Shown: positions 57,517 to 64,000 of the stretch, piece after piece
Layout of the letters: every line of letters begins with the position of its first letter
Numbering within the stretch: the stretch's first letter is position 1
The notes under the pieces: generated by a model
The model's input: the letters and a program-made list of their open reading frames with translations, nothing else
What the model was told of the DNA's origin: nothing
Database searches by the model: none
From: an uncultured Chlorobiota bacterium
GTDB taxonomy: Bacteria > Bacteroidota > Bacteroidia > Bacteroidales > JAADGE01
DNA: 64,000 nt
Assembly: GCA_947311445.1 (NCBI GenBank)
Contig: CAMZKV010000037.1
Location: forward strand, 5,494 to 69,493
Direction: 5' to 3'
Program-made: the position numbers and the translations under genes

Positions 57517-58607
57517 ATTTTCAACAAAAATTTAAAAATATAATTCTCATAAGCATAATTTTTATGTTTTTCATTAAAGAATCATTTTCACAATATAAAA
57601 ATGATGTAAATTATTCTTTACAAATTAATTATGGTCCGGTTATTCCACATCATAAATCAATAAATTATCTTATTAAAGGGTTTTCAAAATCAACTGAATT
57701 TAGATTAGGATTCCAAACAAATGGGAATAAAAAATGGCATATAACCCATAAATTTCCTAACATTGGTTTCTTATATAAATTTTCAGCTTTTGGAAATCCT
57801 GATGTTCTTGGAAATGCTCATTCGTTAGGAGGATTTATTAATAAAAATCTTATAAAACTAAATAAATTTGAACTAAATTTTGATTTTGCTTTTGGTTTTG
57901 CATTTTTAAATAAACCTTTTAATATAGAAAATAATTATACTAACTTTATAATTGGTTCACACTTTAATTCTAATCCTCATCTTTTATTAGATTTTAAATT
58001 TAAAATACATCAAAATTATAAATTAAAAACAGGCTTTGGAATAACACACTTTTCTAATGGAGCAGAAAAACAACCAAATTTAGGAATTAATTTATTAACT
58101 CTTTATGGAGCAATATTATTTCAAAAAACACATTCAAAAAGAGCAAGTTTAGATTATTTTAAAGAAAAATTTACAAAAACAAATCAACTAACTGCATATT
58201 TCTCTAATGGATGGAAAGAATATAAACCTCCATGGGATAAAATATTTTTAGTATCCGTTTTAACCCTAACCGGCGAAAGACAATTTACAGAAAAAAGTAG
58301 GGCAGGTATTGGTATAGATCTTTTTTATGATGAATCAGAAACAAATAAAAATAAAAGATTAAAGGAAAAATTTACTAACAAAGTTTTTACAGGAATTTTC
58401 ATTTCATACGATTTTATTTATGGTAAAATGGCATTTACAATTCAATCTGGCTTTCACCCTACACTTCCAACAACAAATTATTATAAAATTTATCAAAGAT
58501 ATGGACTGAAATATTATTTAAATAAACATATAGCTCTAAAACTCACAATGAAAGCTCGTTTTGGAATGGCACAATTTATTGAATATGGACTAGGATATAG
58601 ATTTTGA
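57513..58607 (+). CDS. Acyloxyacyl hydrolase family (PagL-like) outer membrane beta-barrel
   Basis: W...Y/H..P..G, GN...LG, N..IGSH.N, THFSNG...PNLG.N, YQR.G..YY, A.FIE.G.GYRF C-terminus; commonly adjacent to GIN-domain genes. Confidence 0.75.
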   Translation: MNFQQKFKNIILISIIFMFFIKESFSQYKNDVNYSLQINYGPVIPHHKSINYLIKGFSKSTEFRLGFQTNGNKKWHITHKFPNIGFLYKFSAFGNPDVLGNAHSLGGFINKNLIKLNKFELNFDFAFGFAFLNKPFNIENNYTNFIIGSHFNSNPHLLLDFKFKIHQNYKLKTGFGITHFSNGAEKQPNLGINLLTLYGAILFQKTHSKRASLDYFKEKFTKTNQLTAYFSNGWKEYKPPWDKIFLVSVLTLTGERQFTEKSRAGIGIDLFYDESETNKNKRLKEKFTNKVFTGIFISYDFIYGKMAFTIQSGFHPTLPTTNYYKIYQRYGLKYYLNKHIALKLTMKARFGMAQFIEYGLGYRF

Positions 58608-58611
58608 AATT

Positions 58612-59583
58612 ATGATAAAATTATTTAATATAATCATTCTGCTTTTTGCAATCTCTGCTGTAAATTGCCAGAATATTGACAAAAAATCATCAACAGAAAA
58701 CAAAACCATGAAATATAACAAATTAACAAAAGAAGAACAATATGTAATTCTTAATAAAGGAACTGAAAGACCACATACCGGAAAATATGATAACTTTTTT
58801 AAAGAAGGAACATATAATTGTAAGCAATGCGGAGCAGCACTTTATAAATCAGACTCTAAATTTGAAGGACATTGTGGTTGGCCATCTTTCGATGATGAAA
58901 TTGAAGGGGCAGTAAAACGAATTCCGGATGCAGATGGGAGAAGAACAGAAATCGTTTGTGCAAATTGCGGAGGCCATCTTGGTCATGTTTTTTTAGGTGA
59001 AGGATTTACTGACAAGAATACACGACATTGTGTAAACTCTATTTCTCTTTCGTTTGAAAATGCAAATTCTCCAAATTTCAAAAATTTGAAAAAGTTTCAA
59101 GAAAATGAAACTGCAATTTTTGCATCTGGCTGTTTCTGGGGTACAGAACATTGGATGAAAAAACAAAAGGGTGTAATATCTACAACCGTTGGCTATATTG
59201 GAGGAACAGTTCGAAATCCTACTTACGAACAAGTATGCAGCAAAACAACAGGGCACGCAGAAGCCGTAAAAGTTGTTTTTAACCCTAATGAAATAAGTTT
59301 TGAACAACTTGCCAAAATTTTCTTTGAAACTCACGACCCCACACAAATTGATAGACAAGGACCGGATATAGGAAATCAATATCGTTCTGAAATATTTTAT
59401 ACAAATGATAAGCAAAAAGAAATTTCAATAAAACTAATTAAAATTTTAGAAGAAAAAGGTTTTAAAGTATCCACAAAACTAACAGAAGCACCAAAATTTT
59501 GGCAAGCGGAAAAATATCATCAAGATTACTATGAAAATAATGGAGCAACTCCATATTGTCATTTCTATACTAAAAGATTTTAA
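58612..59583 (+). CDS. msrAB: Bifunctional methionine sulfoxide reductase MsrB-MsrA with signal peptide
   Basis: GTERP..G.Y, CKQC, KF...CGWPSF, RTEI.CANC.GHLGHVF, RHCVNS; then GCFWG, GY.GG, GHAE, HDPTQ..RQG.D.G.QYRS, AE.YHQ.YY. Confidence 0.95.
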   Translation: MIKLFNIIILLFAISAVNCQNIDKKSSTENKTMKYNKLTKEEQYVILNKGTERPHTGKYDNFFKEGTYNCKQCGAALYKSDSKFEGHCGWPSFDDEIEGAVKRIPDADGRRTEIVCANCGGHLGHVFLGEGFTDKNTRHCVNSISLSFENANSPNFKNLKKFQENETAIFASGCFWGTEHWMKKQKGVISTTVGYIGGTVRNPTYEQVCSKTTGHAEAVKVVFNPNEISFEQLAKIFFETHDPTQIDRQGPDIGNQYRSEIFYTNDKQKEISIKLIKILEEKGFKVSTKLTEAPKFWQAEKYHQDYYENNGATPYCHFYTKRF

Positions 59584-59600
59584 ACTTTAACATTGCAAAC

Positions 59601-60878
59601 ATGATTTTACTTAAAAATGCAACATACATAGATTGGAAATCATTAGAATTTAGACAAACTGATATTCTTGTTGAAGAAGGAATTAACGGAAAGATTTCAT
59701 TTAAAGACCATGCAGATTATGAAAATTCACAGGGTCTGAATGAAGAAATTATTGATTGTGCAGGGAAAATTGTTACAAAGTCATTCGCAGTTGGTCATCA
59801 CCATGTATATTCTGCACTTGCAAGAGGAATGAATGCCCCAAAAAAAACACCTGAAAATTTCTATGAAATTCTAAAATATATTTGGTGGAATTTAGACAAA
59901 TCACTCGACAAAGAAATGATTGAAGCAAGTGCATTATCAACTGCAATTGCTTGTGCAAAAAATGGTTCTACATTTGCAATTGACCATCATGCTTCGCCAA
60001 ATTTTATTGAAGGCTCATTAGATATTATTGCAAATGCTTTCGATAGAGTAGGAGTGAGTAGGCTTTTATGCTATGAAATTACAGACCGCGATGGTAAAAA
60101 AAAGGCAGAACAAGGACTCTCAGAAACCGAGAACTATCTCAAAAATAATCAAGCACTTATTGGATTACACGCATCTTTTACCGTAGGTAATGAAAGTATG
60201 AAAAAAGCCGCAGATTTAATGCTCAAATACAATTCAGGTTTTCATATTCACGTTGCCGAAGACCGCTATGACCAAGACCATTCCTTAATAAATTATGGAA
60301 AAAGAGTAATTGAACGTTTAAATGATTATGATGTTTTGAGTTCATCAAAAACAATACTAGGACATTGCTTGCATCTTTCTGAAAATGAGAAAGATATTAT
60401 TATAAATTCTAATGCGTACATAGTTCAAAATACAGAAAGTAATTTAAATAATAATGTAGGATATTTTAATGCAAAAAATTTAGGCAACAACCTTATGTTT
60501 GGAACTGACGGAATGCACAGCGATATGTTACGCTCAGCACAACAAGCATTTTTTGTTGGACAAGGATTTGATACAATAGATTATCCTGGAGTTTATGAAC
60601 GTTTCAGAAATGTACATAATTATATTTCAAAAAATAATTTTTTAGGTGACGGAGAAAATAATCTTGTAATTTTGGATTATAAATCTCCAACACCAATTAA
60701 TAAAGACAATTTTCTAGGGCATTTCGTTTTTGGTTTTAATTCAAATGATATCCAACACGTAATTTCAGACGGAAAACTGATTGTAAAAGATAAAATAATT
60801 CAGAACATAAACGAAAAAGATGTTATGGTATTTGCTCAGGAACAGGCAGTTAGACTTTGGGAACGAATGTCAAAATAA
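59601..60878 (+). CDS. ssnA: SsnA-like amidohydrolase of selenium-dependent molybdenum hydroxylase systems
   Basis: H.H.YSALARG, F..IL...WW.LDK.LD, IDHHASP, GLHASFT, HIHVAE, HC.H, N..SN.NN.VG, GTDG. Confidence 0.85.
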   Translation: MILLKNATYIDWKSLEFRQTDILVEEGINGKISFKDHADYENSQGLNEEIIDCAGKIVTKSFAVGHHHVYSALARGMNAPKKTPENFYEILKYIWWNLDKSLDKEMIEASALSTAIACAKNGSTFAIDHHASPNFIEGSLDIIANAFDRVGVSRLLCYEITDRDGKKKAEQGLSETENYLKNNQALIGLHASFTVGNESMKKAADLMLKYNSGFHIHVAEDRYDQDHSLINYGKRVIERLNDYDVLSSSKTILGHCLHLSENEKDIIINSNAYIVQNTESNLNNNVGYFNAKNLGNNLMFGTDGMHSDMLRSAQQAFFVGQGFDTIDYPGVYERFRNVHNYISKNNFLGDGENNLVILDYKSPTPINKDNFLGHFVFGFNSNDIQHVISDGKLIVKDKIIQNINEKDVMVFAQEQAVRLWERMSK

Positions 60879-60886
60879 AAAAACAA

Positions 60887-61897
60887 ATGAAACTTTCAAC
60901 AAGAATAAAGGCTTTCTCAAAACTTGGAGAAGCAATAACAAAAAATAAAGAAAAATTAAAATTAGGAAAACAAAATTCTTGGTTTACAAAAGATAATATT
61001 GATTTTGCATTAACAGAAATAAGCCAATCTTTAAGAAAAGAAAATATAGAAAAATGGCTTGGAAATTATCCTGAATTTCACAAAAAATCATCACAAAAAA
61101 AAATAGGAGTAATTACTGCAGGAAATATTCCCTTGGTTGGCTTTCATGATTTTATTTCTGTGCTTATCTCCGGAAATATTTTTGTAGGAAAACTGTCATC
61201 AAAAGACGATGTTTTACTACCAAAAGTAATTGATATATTAATTGAAATTGAGCCGGAATTTAAAAATTATATTAGCTTGTCGGAAAAAAAACTAACTGAT
61301 TTTGAAGCAGTAATAGCAACCGGAAGTAATAATTCTGCAAGATATTTTGAATATTATTTTGGAAAATATCCGCATATTATAAGAAAAAACAGAAATTCTG
61401 TTGCAGTTTTAAACGGAAATGAAACAGATGAAAAATTACAACTTTTAGCAGATGATATATTTTTATATTTTGGTTTAGGATGCAGAAGCGTTTCAAAATT
61501 ATTCTTACCTGATAATTACAACTTAGATAATATTTTTAGAAACTCTTTAAAACACAAAGAAATTATACATCATAATAAATATGCAAATAATTACGATTAT
61601 AACAGAGCAATTTATTTAATGAATTTAACACAGTTTAAAGACAACGGAATTATGCTTATGAAAGAAGACATTAATTTGGCTTCTCCAATTTCAGTTGTTT
61701 ATTACGAAAATTATTCAAAAATAGAAACAGTTATAGAAAGACTTCATATTGAGGATGATAAAATACAATGTGTTGTTTCTGACAATGCAGATTTAAAACA
61801 TACAATTCCTTTTGGAACTAGCCAAAAACCACAACTTTGGGATTATGCAGATAATGTTGATACAGTAGAATTTTTGCTAAATTTACAATATAAATAA
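60887..61897 (+). CDS. Acyl-CoA reductase (LuxC-like, Bacteroidota type)
   Basis: AGNIPLVGFHD, K.SS.D, VIATGSNNSARYFEYYF.KYPHIIRKNR.S, YFGLGCRSVSK. Confidence 0.9.
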   Translation: MKLSTRIKAFSKLGEAITKNKEKLKLGKQNSWFTKDNIDFALTEISQSLRKENIEKWLGNYPEFHKKSSQKKIGVITAGNIPLVGFHDFISVLISGNIFVGKLSSKDDVLLPKVIDILIEIEPEFKNYISLSEKKLTDFEAVIATGSNNSARYFEYYFGKYPHIIRKNRNSVAVLNGNETDEKLQLLADDIFLYFGLGCRSVSKLFLPDNYNLDNIFRNSLKHKEIIHHNKYANNYDYNRAIYLMNLTQFKDNGIMLMKEDINLASPISVVYYENYSKIETVIERLHIEDDKIQCVVSDNADLKHTIPFGTSQKPQLWDYADNVDTVEFLLNLQYK

Positions 61898-61940
61898 AAA
61901 CTGTGCTTACAAACTGTAATTTTTATTAAAAAAAATGATT

Positions 61941-61977
61941 AAAAAAAAGACTCCGTTTTATGCGAAGCCTTTTTTTT
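61941..61977. terminator. Bidirectional terminator between convergent genes
   Basis: Minus strand ggcttcg / cggagtc stem (two G-U pairs) flanked by A8 and T runs. Confidence 0.65.
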
Positions 61978-61981
61978 AATA

Positions 61982-62164
61982 TTAACCTGCAACTAAATTT
62001 TCAGCACCATCAATCATTCCAACTAATTTTTGAGGATCATGAATAAGAACCGGCATATGTTGAGGGCAAATTCTTAATTCTTGTCCTTTATATTTCATTA
62101 AAATTAAAGGAGTTTCATTTTCATCTTTTTTACATACAAGACATGTATTTGTTTTATTTTCCAT
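61982..62164 (-). CDS. Small hypothetical protein with a CxxC...CxxH motif (60 aa)
   Basis: MENKTNTCLVC...ICPQHMP.LIH.P; own TATATTTG -7 element (62192-62199) and terminator. Confidence 0.7.
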   Translation of the reverse strand: MENKTNTCLVCKKDENETPLILMKYKGQELRICPQHMPVLIHDPQKLVGMIDGAENLVAG

Positions 62165-62294
62165 TTTTATATATTTTAAGTTTAAAAGATGCAAATATAT
62201 TTTATTTAACTTACTGCTGAAAATATTTTCAACTTTTATTAAAAAACATATTTATAATTGATTAAATTTTTATTCTTTTGAAAAAAAAAGCAAA

Positions 62295-63065
62295 ATGCAA
62301 AAGATTATTAAATTCTTATTAAAATATATCCCTCGTCCATTATTAATAAAACTTAGTCTTATTTTAAATAAACCAATAAGTCTTTTTTACAGAGGAAACG
62401 AGGTAGAATGCACAATTTGTAAAAAAACATTTAAAAAATTTATGCCCTATGGATATGGAAGTGCAAACAAATCTAATAGGCTGTGTCCTAATTGTTTATC
62501 CTTAGAAAGGCATAGACTGTTATGGCTATATCTTCATGAAAAAACCAATTTTTTTACAAAAAAACTTGATGTTCTTCATATGGCACCGGAACAACCCTTT
62601 ATAAAACGTTTTAAGAAATTAGAAAATATTAACTATACAACCGCAGATTTATTTTCGCCAATCGCTGATGTAAAAACTGACATCAGAAACATGAGTTTTA
62701 GAGATAATAGCTATGATGTTTTTATCTGCAACCATGTTATGGAGCATATTGACCAAGAGCAAAAAGCATTAAAAGAAGTTATAAGAATTTTAAAACCCGG
62801 TGGTTGGGCAATTTTGCAAGTACCCATAGATTATTCTCTTGAAAAAACCTATGAAGATAGTTCAATAAACAATCCAAAAGACAGAGAAAAACACTTTGGA
62901 CAATATGACCATGTTAGGCAATACGGTTTGGATTATCCTGAAAGATTAAAAAAAGCAGGATTTAAAGTTATTGAAGATGATTTTGTAAAAACTTTTTCAG
63001 AAAGCGAAATTGAGAAATATAGATTTGATGAAAATGAAATTATTTATTTTTGTTTGAATGAATAA
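62295..63065 (+). CDS. Class I SAM-dependent methyltransferase with Zn-ribbon
   Basis: CTIC...CPNC.SLERHRL, VLH.APE, D...M.F...S.D...CNHV.EH, HFGQ.DHVR.YG. Confidence 0.88.
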   Translation: MQKIIKFLLKYIPRPLLIKLSLILNKPISLFYRGNEVECTICKKTFKKFMPYGYGSANKSNRLCPNCLSLERHRLLWLYLHEKTNFFTKKLDVLHMAPEQPFIKRFKKLENINYTTADLFSPIADVKTDIRNMSFRDNSYDVFICNHVMEHIDQEQKALKEVIRILKPGGWAILQVPIDYSLEKTYEDSSINNPKDREKHFGQYDHVRQYGLDYPERLKKAGFKVIEDDFVKTFSESEIEKYRFDENEIIYFCLNE

Positions 63066-63086
63066 TATTTATAATAGGATGAAAAC

Positions 63087-63108
63087 ACCCACGACTTAAG
63101 TCGTGGGT
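63087..63108. repeat. Perfect 22-bp palindrome of IS200/IS605-end or REP-like type
   Basis: acccacgacttaagtcgtgggt between convergent genes. Confidence 0.65.
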
Positions 63109-63154
63109 TATATATAACACATTAAAATAAAAATATCAACGAAATATAAAAAAA

Positions 63155-63865
63155 CTAACTAATATTAGTAAAACAAGCCTGAACATCATCATCTTCTTCA
63201 ATTTTATCAATCAAGATTTCAATTTCTTCAAGTTGTTCTTCTGAAAAATCAACTGGTGATGTAGGTATTCTTTGCAAAGCAGCTTTTGTAATTTCAATGC
63301 CTTTTTCTTCAACAGCTTTTGTTAGACTCCCAAAATCAGTATAATCTGCATAAATATAAACTGTTCCATCATTAATATCAATTTCTTCTAAACCTGCATC
63401 AATTAATTCAAGTTCAAGTTCTTCAATATCAATTTCATCAGTTTCTTTAAACTCTATAACAGCTTTCCTGGAAAATAAAAATTCTAATGAACCAGAAGGT
63501 ACTAAACCGTTTCCATATTTATTAAAATAATATTTAATATTTGCAACAGTTCTTGTTGTATTATCAGTTGCACATTCAACAAAAACCAATACTCCATGAG
63601 GTCCTTTGCCTTCATAATTTACTTCTGAAAAATCAGTTGCATCTTTTCCTGTCGCTCTTTTTATCGCTGCCGAAATATTATCTTTCGGCATATTTTGAGC
63701 CTTGGCATTTTGAATTGCTGTACGTAATTTTGCATTCATTTCAGGATCATCACCTCCTTCTTTTGCAGCAATAGTAATTGCTTTTGCAAGTTTTGGAAAT
63801 ATTCTGGACATTTTATCCCAGCGTTTCATTTTTGCAGCTTTTCTATATTCAAATGCTCTTCCCAT
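63155..63865 (-). CDS. yebC: YebC/PmpR family DNA-binding regulator
   Basis: [47 protein letters not shown]; TACTTTTG -7 element at 63889-63896. Confidence 0.95.
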   Translation of the reverse strand: MGRAFEYRKAAKMKRWDKMSRIFPKLAKAITIAAKEGGDDPEMNAKLRTAIQNAKAQNMPKDNISAAIKRATGKDATDFSEVNYEGKGPHGVLVFVECATDNTTRTVANIKYYFNKYGNGLVPSGSLEFLFSRKAVIEFKETDEIDIEELELELIDAGLEEIDINDGTVYIYADYTDFGSLTKAVEEKGIEITKAALQRIPTSPVDFSEEQLEEIEILIDKIEEDDDVQACFTNIS

Positions 63866-64000
63866 ATTTTCTTTTTTTTAGTATTACGCAAAAGTAGAAA
63901 AAATCTTATAAAACTTAAATTAGGATTAATATTTTTTTATATTGCGATTGTTTAAAAAATGTAAAAACGGATTTATGCAAGAAAAGAAACCTCAAAATAA

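Noticed and set aside
63975-64000. Start of a further CDS (MQEKKPQN...)
   Set aside because: Only about 8 codons before the window ends; cannot be supported or identified

Overview
Very AT-rich bacterial chromosomal segment, most consistent with Bacteroidota (Bacteroidales-like). The basis is repeated TAnnTTTG -7 promoter elements, a fused ccoNO gene, SpoIIE-type sensor phosphatases and a 6S-Flavo-like RNA. Core genes are lysC, fbp, rfbD, pckA, a ppk2-family gene, rnr, msrBA, yebC and three tRNAs (Pro-TGG, Ser-GCT, Arg-CCT). The accessory blocks are: (1) a cbb3 oxidase cluster whose CcoN-CcoO fusion carries an extra CcoP-like heme c domain, with ccoS missed by the ORF track and no ccoI; (2) a SiaB-SiaB-SiaC-xseB unit followed by a 1568-aa PP2C phosphatase with two substrate-binding domains and a beta-propeller sensor, with no SiaD; (3) three exported rhodaneses plus a Cys-motif porin, divergent from a Cys-rich Crp/Fnr regulator with an FNR-like box; (4) dispersed genes of a selenium-dependent molybdenum hydroxylase (purine/pyrimidine catabolism) system: hydA, xdhA without xdhB, Se-type xdh and ssnA. 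Also present are a pseudokinase-receiver hybrid, a histidine kinase split by one in-frame TAA, an Ig-like lipoprotein with an internal repeat expansion, and small REP/MITE-like palindromes. I found no CRISPR array, intact transposase, integrase or phage genes. All family assignments come from recognising motifs by eye; no searches were run.
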